Origin: Vitrella brassicaformis CCMP3155
Taxonomy: Eukaryota > Protista > Chromerida
Length of the DNA stretch: 64,000 bases
Reading direction: 5' to 3'
Assembly: GCA_001179505.1 (NCBI GenBank)
Contig: CDMY01000289.1
Location: 1 to 64,000, forward strand
The translations under genes were made by a program, and so were the position numbers. This document shows positions 37,173 to 48,814 of this stretch, piece by piece (the first letter of the stretch is position 1; the number at the start of each line of letters is the position of its first letter). The notes beneath the pieces were generated by a model, which was not told where the DNA came from, did not search any database, and worked only from the letters and a program-made list of their open reading frames with translations.

Positions 37173-38916
37173 GTGAGTTGCAACACGTGGCCACTGGATG
37201 GATGGTAGAGAGCGCACCAGTAGAGTGCGAGTGCCCTTGCCGCGACGTTGTTGTTGTCGGTTTGGTTGTTGAGGAGGATGAACAGGCCTTCCGGCCCCGT
37301 CCTCAGCTGATACGCCTTGTGGATCTCCAAGTCAGGATTCGCCAGCCGAGTCGAAAAGGCGATCCTCTGAACCTTACGGTACGCGAGATACCTACACCCA
37401 CAGCCACACACACACACACACATACATCGCAGAACCATCCATCCACCCACCCAACCAACCACACATCCCTCGCTCGTTTGCTTGTGTGTGTGTGTGTGTG
37501 TGTGAGCCGCTCGCTTACCCCGAGGCCCACAGGTCGTCTGTGAGGTAAACTTTTGACCTCAGGTGTGGCGGGCACCCCTCGTAGCTGAGCACCTTGTCGT
37601 CGAAAAACCTCTTCTGCACGAAGAACGACCCGACGCCGTTGATGGTATGGACCTGCTGGACCACAAAATTGGGGTCTTTCCGGTCGTGGGACGCCCTGAA
37701 GGTCCGCTCCGTCAGGTAGGACGGATCGCACACCTCGTTGAACGTCTGACCTCGACGCGTCAGGGCCGCATCGGGGAACAGACGGTGCACCTGAGGTCGG
37801 AAACGGCAATGGCGATCATTCCGTGATGTTGTTCGCCCTTTCCCTCTCTCCCTGGCCACTTACGTGCACGTAGTCGCAGACGAGATGTCTGCTATAGGTG
37901 AGGTCATCGTCCAGCACCACAAGGGCGCTCTTGTCGTCAAGCTGGGCCTCCTTGAGCGGCATCAGGAACTTGGTGGCGGGGCCGTAGTCCTCGCCGCGGA
38001 TGACGCGGGTGCGCCTGAGGGTGCCGTCTGTGAGGTATGCCGGGAGGGGGTCAGGGTAAGGCTCCCCGGTGCGCTTGAAGACATATGGGACGGACAGCAG
38101 CACCTCATGGATCGGATACGTCTGCTTCTCAAGCTGCACCAGGTACCTGCACAGACAGAGGCAGAAGCATAGATGTGACGTGCCTTGACTGTGTCGGCCG
38201 CGTGTTTATGTGTGTCTGTGTGTGTACGTTTTGAGCTCGCTGAGCCTGGAAGGGATGGTCGTGAGGGCGATGTACACGGGCCCGTCATATCTCGCCTTGC
38301 ACGTGTCGTTGAGCTGGTTGATGCTCTGCTCAATCAGCCCGGCCTTCTTGTTGATCTCACCCAGCGCCCTCAGCACGTCGTTCCTGTGCCGATTCAGCGT
38401 CCCCGTAGTGGCCTCCTGCAGCCGCTGCACCCGCCACACCAGATTCGACACGTTGTTTCTCAAAGCCGTGTCATCCAGTCGCTTGGCCTGCTGGGACTCC
38501 AGCGCACTGACGGTGGCGGAAAGGCCCTCGACGGCCTGCATGACCTGCTGCACGTCACTCTGCCGTGCCGCCAGCCGCCTTTGGTCTTCATGGTGCCGCG
38601 CGTCGGTCACATTGCTGAGCAGCGCTATGCGCGCGTCGAGGGCGTCAAGCTTGGCCAACAGGGGGTCCCGCGCGGACGGCCACGGGCGGGCCAGCCGAAG
38701 ACACAGGCCCAGTGGTGGAAACACAGTCCAGTAAGATAACAGCTGAGTCATCAAAGCGAAGGAAGCTGCGCCAATGCATCCAATGACAGCAGAGAGAGAG
38801 AAAGAAAGCTGACTGACGCATGAAAAGTCTGTCTGTCTGTCCCTCTGTCTGTATGTACCAAGGATAGCGACGAAATAGACGACATAGGTGGAAGCCGCCC
38901 GAATGGCCTTTCCCAT
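36758..38916 (-). CDS. Type II membrane GT-A glycosyltransferase-like protein (TM, coiled-coil stem, DxD domain)
   Basis: N-terminal hydrophobic segment, heptad stem, then VYIALTTIPSRL...QTYPIHEVLLSVP...EDYGPATKFL...VVLDDDLTY...TDDLWASGYL. Confidence 0.7.
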
Positions 38917-39344
38917 GCTGCCCCGTCCGTCGTGCTCGCGCCCCTCGCCCTCCTCCTCGTCGGCAGCAGCAGCAACAGCAGAGGGCCTGCGAAAAGGCCG
39001 CCTGGCTCTCTTGGGGCAGGCGCACCTCGTGGCTGAGTGGGTGAGTGAGGCGGATGTTGAGCAGTGATGGCGTGCATGCAGCCCCTCGAGGCTCAGCAAG
39101 GGGAAGGCCGTGGACGTCGGTAGCCGAGGGGATGCTGGGGGTGGTTCAGCCAGCGCACCAGGACAGCACAACAGCACCCTTGAGATGACGAAACGCCTCC
39201 TCCCGAAGCCCAGATGAAGCAAGGGAAGACCAATTCGTTGAAATAAGTGGTCGTAATGATCACGTCGTTGGCGCCCGGGCTGGTGTTCACTATAGAGTAG
39301 TGAAGAAGGCCCTCGTTTGGTTTTTATGCCAGCGGCAAATAGGT

Positions 39345-39361
39345 TGCGAGCTATGCGAGCC
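39345..39361 (+). promoter_or_regulatory. TGCGAGCTA plus adjacent TGCGAGCC in the GT/PTB divergent promoter
   Basis: ttgcgagctatgcgagcc tandem. Confidence 0.55.
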
Positions 39362-39676
39362 GGAGCGAAGCTGCCTTGCTGACTCTTGGCCGCTTTCTCT
39401 GCCTTGTCTGGCCTCATCTGGCCTTCGCTTGAAGCTCCTGTGCGCTGCCAGTAGCTGGCTGGCTCCCCTGTATGTCCCGTCCCCCTTCCCGCCCTCCCTC
39501 CTGACCCTCCCTCCCTCCCTCCCTCCCTGCCGCTGAGCTGCCTTGCCTGACCTACACTCGCCTCGCTGCCTTACCACATCCCTCCCCTGTTCCTCCCCGC
39601 CGTGTCGTGCTCCCTCTCTACTCTGTCTGCCCAGCCATCCCATCGGTCGCCCGCCTGACGTAGAAGCGTCGACAGG

Positions 39677-42600
39677 ATGATGCAGGCCGGTACGCTCAGC
39701 TGAGAGGGTCCACACACAACACACACGTGGGAGGCAGCTGAGCTGTGGGTGCACATTCTGTCCTGTTGTTGACATGTTGATATGTTGTGTGTGTGGCTTC
39801 ATTTGATGAAGGCAAGAGGGCGTTGGAGGCGGGTCCTCCCGGCGGCGACGGTAGTGAGATGATGGCCAAGCGGCACCAGCCCGACATGGATGCGCCGCCC
39901 TCCAAGGTGCTGCTCATCCGCAACCTGCCCCGCAACATCAATGAGTCGGAGATCAAGCAGGCCCTGCAGCCGTGGACGCAGCCCGGCATCGACCTCAGGA
40001 TGTTCCATAACCCATCCACCGGACAGGCATTCGTAGAGTTCCCGGTGAGGCGAGTCACGCACCCCACCGACGCGGCAACACTCGCCATCCGGGTGGTAGT
40101 AGGTGCATGCTCTTTCTCTCTCCGTGTGTGTGTGTGTCAGGACGAGGGCGCGTCGACCCATGCGCTGTCGTATATCCGTCAGGGCCACGTGGCGGTGCGT
40201 GGCGTGCGCTTCGTGGGTTGCTATTCGACCAAGCAGCAGGTGGTGACCAACCAGGAGCGGCACAAGGACTGCCGGGTGCTCCTCGTCTATGTCACCAACA
40301 TCGCATACCCCGTCGAGCTCGAAGTCATTCACACCATCTTCTCCAAATACGGATTCGTCGAAAAGGTCGGTCNNNNNNNNNNNNNNNNNNNNNNNNNNNN
40401 NNNNNNNNNNNNNNNNNNNNNNNNNNNNNNNNNNNNNNNNNNNNNNNNNNNNNNNNNNNNNNNNNNNNNNNNNNNNNNNNNNNNNNNNNNNNNNNNNNNN
40501 NNNNNNNNNNNNNNNNNNNNNNNNNNNNNNNNNNNNNNNNNNNNNNNNNNNNNNNNNNNNNNNNNNNNNNNNNNNNNNNNNNNNNNNNNNNNNNNNNNNN
40601 NNNNNNNNNNNNNNNNNNNNNNNNNNNNNNNNNNNNNNNNNNNNNNNNNNNNNNNNNNNNNNNNNNNNNNNNCCCCCCCCCCCCCCCCCCAACCAACCAC
40701 ACACCAACAGCATGGGATGTCTTTGTGTGATGTGTGTGTGCTGCAGATAGTGTCGTTTCAGAAGGCCCCGCGGACGTACCAGGCTTTGGTTCAGTTCTCG
40801 GCGCCCAACGAGGCCATGGGGGCCATGGTCACACTCAACGGCAGAAACATATACGACGGATGCAACACACTGCAGGTAGGGTACCCACACTCATCCCATC
40901 GATACCCATCCAGCACAGCAACAATAATCATCTTTGGTGTGTCTGTGTGATGTCTGTGTGTGTGTATCGTCAATCCATCCATCAGGTCCAGCCGTCCAAG
41001 TTGTCAGAGTTGTCAGTGCGCGTCAACAACAGCCGCAGCCGCGACTACACCAACCCCAACCTGCCCACAGACGAACCACCCGACGAGCGGGGAGGTGCAC
41101 CACCTGCCCATGCCTCCACGTGGGTGTCCATGTGTGCGTCGATGTGTGTGTGTGGTTCAGGTGGCATCATGGGTCAGTCGCCGAACCGGAGTGTGCCCAA
41201 CGGCAGCCTGGGGTCCAACTTCACCAACACGCCCACGTCCGACCCGTCGTCGATGTCCCACCACGGCCATCCCTCACAGTACCAGGGGCAGGGCGGCCAC
41301 CCCGGCATGCCGATGTCGCCCTTCCAGCAACAGTTCCCCAACCAATCCGGTGCGTGAGAGCGAGCCAAAGGCAGGCAGCGAGGGAGGGAGCAAGGGGGGA
41401 TCGCATTTGCCGTGTGTGTGTTGTGTTGTGTTGTGTTGTGTGGTACCACCAGATCAGTTTGGCCGTCTGAGTCTGTCGGCGATTCCGAACGAGCTGCGTT
41501 TCCTGAAGCAGGAGAACCCCAACACGCAGGGCACACCGGTTATCATGATCTACCACCTAGACCCAAGCAACCTCAATCATCCCGACAAGGTCAGTCAGGT
41601 CACTCACACACCACACCACACACAGAGCAGAGGGGGGGAGCGGCGGGTGGGTAATATGTGTGTGTGTGTGTGTGTGTGTGCGTGTGTGTTCATATAGTTG
41701 TTCAATCTGTTCAGCCAGTTTGGTGTGGTGGAGCGTGTCAAGATCTTCCGCGACAAGCCCGACACGGCCATGATCCAGTTCTCCGACCAGTTCTACGCCA
41801 CACTCGCACAGCACCACCTACACGTAACCACTCACAAAACAAACGCACCCATCAAACACCGGCCGACCATCGTATACATGTGGTTTGTGTGTGTGTGTTA
41901 TCAATCAACAGAATGTGACTGTGTGGAACAAGACGCTGCAGATCACCTTCTCCAGGAACTTCGAAGTCAGGTGAGGCATGGCATGCATGCCCTCAAGCAA
42001 TACAACGTGTAAAACCATTGGGAGCGACCCACCCGACCATTCTTCCTTCCTTGCTGTGTGTCATCCGTCCATCCATCCATCCATCTATCCATCAGGCTTC
42101 CGCCCGCGGGAGCCGAGACGACTGAGGACATGCAGCGGACCAAGGCATACTCACAGAAGGAACAGAGATGCTCGGGGGTACGCGCACACACACACACACG
42201 CTCACACAGAGGGAGGCAAGTGATAGACGTGTGGTGAGATGTGGCGTCGTGTGTGATGTTGTGTTTGTGTCAGGGTGACGAGCAGGAGATGCAGAAGTAT
42301 TTGAAGAACGTGTGCAAGCCGTCCAACTGGCTCTTCATCGGCAACCTAGAGGACCACATTCAAGGTATGTGGGGTGGGGTGGGGTGGGTGCGTCGGTCGG
42401 TCAGTCTCCCGCCTGCGTCCCTAACACCCAGCTGTTTGTTTGCATGTGTGTGTGTGTGTGTTCAGAGGATGACATCCGTATGCATCTGTCCCCCTTCGGT
42501 CACCCCAAGACAGTGCAGTTTAAGCGCCCCCAGGGCCCCACCGCACGACACATGATGGCCGTCGTAGAAATGAACTCACTCGAAGAAGTCAGTCAGCACA

Positions 42601-42915
42601 CAGACACACAGATAGATAGCCAAGGAACGAAGGAAGGCCACACACCAGACGTTATCTCACCTTGCTGTCTGTGTGTGTGTGTGTGTGTATCTTTCCTCCA
42701 GAGTTTTTCGATCGTGATGAACTGTCACAACACCAGGCTGAAGGAGAGGTGAGCACAATGACCTCAGGCACGCACGACGCACGAGCTGAGCTCACCACAC
42801 GCATGTAAATCGCATTGGTCTCTGCCTGTGGCTTGTGCTGTGTGCTTTGTGGTTTGTGTGTGTGAGGTATAGGAGCATGAAGATCAGCTTTTCCAAGCAG
42901 GGGATGGTCCAATAG
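39677..42915 (+). CDS. PTBP: Polypyrimidine tract-binding protein / hnRNP L family, 4 RRMs
   Basis: SKVLLIRNLP, QAFVEF, VLLVYVTNIAYPVELEVIHTIFSKYGFVEKIVSF, YQALVQF, LNGRNIYDGCNTLQ, LFNLFSQFGVVERVKIFRDKPDTAMIQF, PSNWLFIGNL, MKISFSK; start may be 39677 or 39859. Confidence 0.9.
40373..40672. other. Assembly gap (300 N) inside a PTB intron
   Basis: Flanking exons join in frame (VEK|IVSF). Confidence 0.99.
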
Positions 42916-45900
42916 ACCGACGTATACGATACCCTACCCCAATTTACCCCACCCCAATCTACCCTACTCCCCCCTACTCTGCTCTAGTCTACTTCCTGCC
43001 TGCCTGCCTGCCTCACTTGACCAATCTGCTGCTGCTGCTGCTGCTGCCTAGCTGCCATCCGCCCCTGCCTGACTGACTGCCTAACTGCCTCGTCCGCCGT
43101 CAATGTCTGCCCGTGAGTGTGTGGATGTCGTCTGTCTGTCTGTTTGGTTGCTTAATGCCGGTTCACAAGAGTTTTGCACCTCAACACGCTTCTTGTGGGC
43201 GGGCACACGCACTCAGCACAGCACAGCACAGCACAGGACGGCAGACGGAGAGAGGCGGGGCGGACGGAGCGGCCTCTTGCCAATTCGTGTCTGTCTGACT
43301 TAAGTGACTGCCTGACTGACTGCCTTGGTCGAGTGCGTGTGTGTGCGTGTGTGCCATCCTTCATGTGTCGACTCTCTCCCTCCTCCTACTACTCGCTGAT
43401 CGATATTCTTTTCTCCTGGTCGCTCGGTCGCTCAGTATGTCGGTCGTTCGGTCGGTGTTGATCTTGATGCCTCTACATATTATCTAGTGCCTAAAGGAAG
43501 CACACTCCTGCCTGCCTACTCATTCATCATACTCATGCTCCTTCCTTCCCCGCATCTATTATTCCATCCACCCAAAGGCGATGCGATCCCTCTGACGAAT
43601 CTGACCGGCCGATCTGACGTCCATCCTTTCCCTCTCTCTCTCTATCCGACGCACGCCTCGCCTTGGTGGCTGGCTAGTGGTGCATACCATGCCCGTGTGT
43701 GTGTGTGTGTGCGTGTGAGTGTCCTTATGAAGCGTATGTGTATCTTGCCCCCTATATATGACGACGAGCGAGCCAGCGATAAGGGAAGGAGAAGGGTTTT
43801 GTTCGCGAGGACCCGAGACTGACTCACTGACTGACTCATGAGGTGAGGAGCAAGTAGAGAAGAAAGACAGCGACGGAGCTAGAGAGTCATGCATGGGACA
43901 GGGCAGGGCGGGGCGGGGCGGGGGATGGGCGCCTGTTGGTAAGTAGACACGTCGGCTGGCGGACCGGCTGGTGGGTTGGCTGGCTGGCTGGCCTCCCTGC
44001 GTAGCAATCCATCCATCCATATCGCATTCCATCCTCACTCCATCCCGCTCCCTGGGCCACTCCTGCCTGCAGCTGCTGCCCTGCCCTGCCCTCCCTCCCT
44101 CCCTCCCTCCCTGCCTACCTCCCTGCCTGCCTGCCTGCCTATGCCCAAGTGCTATCTACTTTTTGGTTTACACACATATACCGATGATCGATCTGTGGAG
44201 CGAGAGAGCGAGCGACGGCCTGCGTGTGATGCGTGTTTTTCGTAGCTGGATCGGCCCGGCCCGGCCCCCAGCTGCTGGGTTGGTCTCTGACTGGGTAGCT
44301 GCCTCAAATCAGTGTGGATGGACAGATGGACGGACGAGTAGGTAGGCATTCATTGATCTGATCGATCTGGGTGCCTTGGTTGATGAGCGGGTGGGCGGGT
44401 GACTGATTGTTTGTCCTTCCTTCTCGATGTAGCTATCTATCTATCATCTTTGTAGGAGGGGAGCAACTTGGGAGGAGGCGGGGCGGTGTAGGGGGCGGGG
44501 CGGTCAACACAGTGGCAGGCCAAGGAAGGATCGGTGTAGGGTGGCTGCCCTCACTTACACACGCTCCGCTCCGCTCGCCCACACTCACTCAGTCACTCAG
44601 TCGCTATTGATGTCATGGATTATGCATTCGCATACTCATGTCATGCAGCCACGCTGTGTAGCACACCAACCAACGAACGAACGACAGATGATCTCTCCTT
44701 TCTACACATACGCCACACCACACCACACACATGACACAGACACAGGCACAGGCGGGGTGGGGTTGTGGGGGGATCATGGGGCGGATATACTAGGCCGGCT
44801 CTGCCTGCCTGTGTGTATGAGTGAGTGAGAGTGCGACTGTGGGTGGGTGCGTTGATTGATTTGATGCGTGTGTGACGGATGCTTTATTTGTGGACTGCAC
44901 GCTCGACGGAGAGCGAGCGCATTGGTTGCAAGCTATGATACACACAGAGAGAGAGAGCGAGGGCAGATAGAGACACTGGGCTGCGACTGACGATGGGATG
45001 GAGGTGGGTGGGTGCGTAAGATGCTCCCTTCGCCTTCCGATGGATGGATGGATGGACTTATGCGATTGGTTGATTGATGACGTGATGCTCACTGTCTGTC
45101 TGCACCCCCCACAGTTTTGCCGCCACTTACTCTCTTCGCTTACTAACTTCCTGCCTGCCTGCCTCGCTGTCTCCTCCCTTCCTCTTCCTTCCCTCACTCA
45201 ATTCGGTTTCTCTGCGAGTCTGTGTGGGTCTCTTGCCCTTGTGGCAGCTACCGCACGTCGCTGACTGCAAGACACGCCTGCACCCATACGTACCCCTTCG
45301 TGTGGAGGTGCAAGCCAGCTGCTTGAAGTGACGTACGGTGGCTGGTGCAGCCGGAAGGAGGGGACACATGACTGACGCAGCATGACACCATGAATCGAGA
45401 GGTCTGTTTGCTTTCGTTTCATCCGGTTGGTCTATCAACTTTCTTGTAGCCGCTGTCCCGCTGATGCACTCATCCCACTCCCTCCCTCCCTCCCTCCCTG
45501 CCTATCTCCCTCCCTGCCTCCCTACCTTTTTCCTCCCCTGTCTGTCTGTCTGTCTGTCCCCCGTGTCTACGCGCGACGCTGCACGAAGCTTGTTGGTACA
45601 GATGTCTTTCGCTGCCCCTGCCTGCCCTCCTGGCGCCTTCCTTCCTCTCCTTTTTCGCTCCTGCCTCTCTCTGTGTGGCGTCGCGCGGTTTGGATGTCTG
45701 TCTGTCTGAGTGGGTGGATGGATGGATGGATGTGTGTGGACTGAGTGAGTGTTGTGTGGTGTGGTGTGTGTGAATTGAGTGAGGGGCACTGCGGCGATGA
45801 GTGGCATGCTCTCCGTGTACTGCGTGTGATGTGACCATGTGACCATGTGTGTGTGTAATGCATACGATGAATACCCTACCTACATGCCATCCAAACCAAC

Positions 45901-47234
45901 GCCCAACGACTTACTTACTGACTGCCTTGTATGCCTTCTATGCCTTCCTAGTTTTGCACCCAAAATGCACCCATACATACCCACACCAAGCATACCTACA
46001 AACGTCACTGTGCCTGCCTGCCTGCCTCCCTCCCTGCCTGCCTGTCTGCCTGCCCGCCTGTGTGTGTGTGTGAGTGGAGTGCGATAAACGCAATGAATGA
46101 GTTGCCGCAGCAGACAGACAGCGAAAGAACAGAGAGCCTTGTTCGACGGATTGTGTGTTTGGGGTGGGTGTGATGGGGTGGGGTGGGGGCGTTTTGACTG
46201 AGGGAGGGAGGGAGGGATGGGGACTAAATGGCGGCATGGGATGTGTGTTATGTCTTTTGGTGCTGCCAGATGCATTGCATTCGTTGGTTGCTTCGTGGTC
46301 GGGAGCTAGCAGCCAGCTGGATAGAGGATTTTTGATGCGACACGCAAACCAGGCAGGGAGGAGACGGCTGGCTGGCTGGCCGTGCAGAGCAGTGCACACG
46401 CTGACTGGGGTAGCTCAGTGAGTGAGGCGAGGCTTGGCTTCTCGCGCGCGGCGCTGCACGATCTATCTTTCTACTGATATGTCATCTCATGCATGGCTCC
46501 ACTCCACACATGGCTGGGCGGGTGAAACCCACATATACCTACCTGGCCACCGACACACACACACATCATGATGGTGTGTCTGTCTGTCTGCTCAGATTGA
46601 TTGATTGATTGCACTTGCTCACTCACTGTCCTACTGAGCTCCTTTTGAGTGGACTGACTGACTTGTTGACTGATTGTGGATGGATGGATGGATTGACGGG
46701 CGGATGGACGGGTCGGTCGAGTTAGTGAGGGTGTGTACTTAGCGGAGGGGAGGACTGCATACAGGCCTGCCCCCGGACATAGATACGCAATTGCCGGCCG
46801 GTGGTTTCGATATGCAGGCAGGCAGGCAGGCAGGCAGGTGAGAAGGTAGACAGACAGACAGATCCGGCAGACGTGTGCAAGAGCCTTGTGTGTGATGATA
46901 TGACAGCTGAGCGAGATGAAGATGCACGTACGTCAGTCGTGTGATGTGACAGACCAAGGGATGCGTGAGTGGTAATGAACATATGTGCAGATGTCCAACC
47001 ACACAGAATAGGGGAGGGGAGGGAGGCAAGGTGAGGTGCCTTTCACTCTCATGGTTGGTTGTCTCATCGTCGACCGATGGAGAGATAGATAGACAGACAG
47101 ACAGACGACTCACTGTACACACAGAGGAGCGGACAAAGAGCTGACGAGGCTTATCCAACACAGACACACACACGCGAAGGCCCTCTCAGAATGCACACGC
47201 CCTGCCCTCTATCTTTTTTGACCGACGCACTTCG
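42916..47234. repeat. 4.3-kb microsatellite-rich non-coding tract between convergent PTB and Alba genes
   Basis: (CCTG)n, (CCCT)n, (GGAT)n, (CAGA)n, (GT)n tracts; ORFs are only repeat translations. Confidence 0.7.
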
Positions 47235-47934
47235 TCACATGGGCATGGGCAGCACCGACGGCAGGGGCATGTCATTGCCGTCGTCCATCATCAGCGCCGC
47301 ATCGTTCATGTCCTCGTCAGCAGCGCCATTATTGTTGTTGCTGCTGTTGTGCTGCCGTGTGGGTGAGGACAACTGTGTGTTGGTGTGCAGCTGGTAGCCG
47401 TCGGTCGATGGGTCCAGGGGCAGCCGCGACAGCAGAATGAAGATCATCGGCGAGGTGCGGCGGTCGGCTCCCGTCGCCTGCACTCGCAAGCGCCAACGAA
47501 GGTGCTGTGTGAGTGTGTGTGTGTCCGTCCAGTGTGTGTGTGTTCGTGCTGACCAGGAGGCCGTCGAAGGTTGTGATTTGATGGATGACGGGCAGCCCCG
47601 ACAGCCGCTTGACGATCTCCGCTATGCCGATGCACTTGCCCATTGCAGTGAACCCAGACGTCAGCATCACGGCGCCATACTGACGGTTGAATGCACAGCA
47701 AGAATGTCAAGACAAATGTGATTAATCAGTGCGGATCTCTCTGTGTACCTTGTCGATGCGGTTGAGTGCCTCTTGGATGTAGTCCTTCATCTGTTTGCGG
47801 CCTGCTGATGACACCGCTAGATACTGAGGCGGCCTCTCCCCTGCCTCCGCCCTCTTGGCCACCTGCTCGTCGGATATGGAACGGGATGGGCCCGGCTGAG
47901 GAGGGCTGCCGAACAAGTACGCTGCGCTCGTCAT
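47235..47934 (-). CDS. Alba / Rpp25-like RNA-binding protein
   Basis: KDYIQEAL...GFTAMGKCIGIAEIVKR...HQIT...IFILLSRLPLDPSTDGYQ; the PLD..xGYQ signature is typical of the Rpp25/Alba branch. Confidence 0.8.
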
Positions 47935-47980
47935 GACTGGCCTCCTGTCGGCCTCCACCGATGATTTGATCGCACTTCGT

Positions 47981-47990
47981 TAAGCTCGCA
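47981..47990 (-). promoter_or_regulatory. TGCGAGCTTA motif in the Alba/microprotein divergent promoter
   Basis: taagctcgca on the + strand, central in a 121-bp spacer. Confidence 0.6.
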
Positions 47991-48054
47991 GAGAGGCGAG
48001 AGGGAATTGGTGAGAGATCTGTGGCGGATCTGTAGCATCTGCGTCATAGGGCGG

Positions 48055-48472
48055 ATGGTGTTTGCGGCGGAGCAGTTCATCTACGGCTTTGGCCTCGGCG
48101 GCCTGGGCGTCTGGGTGCTGCTTGAGCCTCTGCTCGTCACACTTAGGCGCACCAAGTATCATCTGAGGAGGATCATTGCCCAGGTAGGGATGGAGGAAAA
48201 CCCTGAAAGTGCGCTGAACGTGACCTTTTCTGTTTGCGTGGTGTCATGTCAGGACACAGAGTACACGGAGTACGTCGACAGGAAGCCGACACTCATCGCA
48301 ATCGCAACGCCAGACGGGTACGTACCCTTTGCAAAGTCATGCACCACGCCGGATCGGCTGTCTGCTGCTCTGTGTGTGGGTGTGGGTGTGTTGCAGCTGG
48401 AACAATTTGCTTCTGGCGACGTACGAGCGGATGGATAAGTCGTGGCCCGACTCGTGGTCAAGGCCGGCATGA
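48055..48472 (+). CDS. 89-aa single-TM microprotein, 3 exons
   Basis: Exons 48055-48183, 48253-48317 and 48397-48472 with GT-AG introns give MVFAAEQFIYGFGLGGLGVWVLLEPLLVTLRRTKYHLRRIIAQDTEYTEYVDRKPTLIAIATPDGWNNLLLATYERMDKSWPDSWSRPA-stop. Confidence 0.7.
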
Positions 48473-48814
48473 TGACTTCCTACAAGGGTCGGGCTGTGGG
48501 CGTACATACAGAACAGCTGCCTGTGTGCCTGTGCTGCATGGAGCCACCTTATAGCTGCGAGCGACAATGTTGCATGGCTGAACACGCCATGAACGATGGA
48601 TGGATGCTGCACGAACGTATCCATTCGTGAGTGAGAAAGCAGACGTTTAACCGTTCCATGCATGTCATGTCAATCCGTACTTAACAATCGACGCGTCCAA
48701 TGCACATCACATCATATGACTGACTCATCTGGTGCACCAGATTCGCATGCGAGCGAGACCAGGTAGGTCAGGGTGGCACTAGTGAAATGGATGGATGACA
48801 CACACACGAACATC

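Noticed and set aside
43000-47200. Numerous 60-150 aa ORFs in the supplied track
   Set aside because: Translations of microsatellites ([16 protein letters not shown]) with no domain content.
47980-48162. Minus-strand ORF in frame with Alba, separated by a single TAA (looked like stop-codon readthrough)
   Set aside because: It is the antisense shadow of the + strand microprotein exon 1, and the TAA is part of the TGCGAGCTTA promoter motif.
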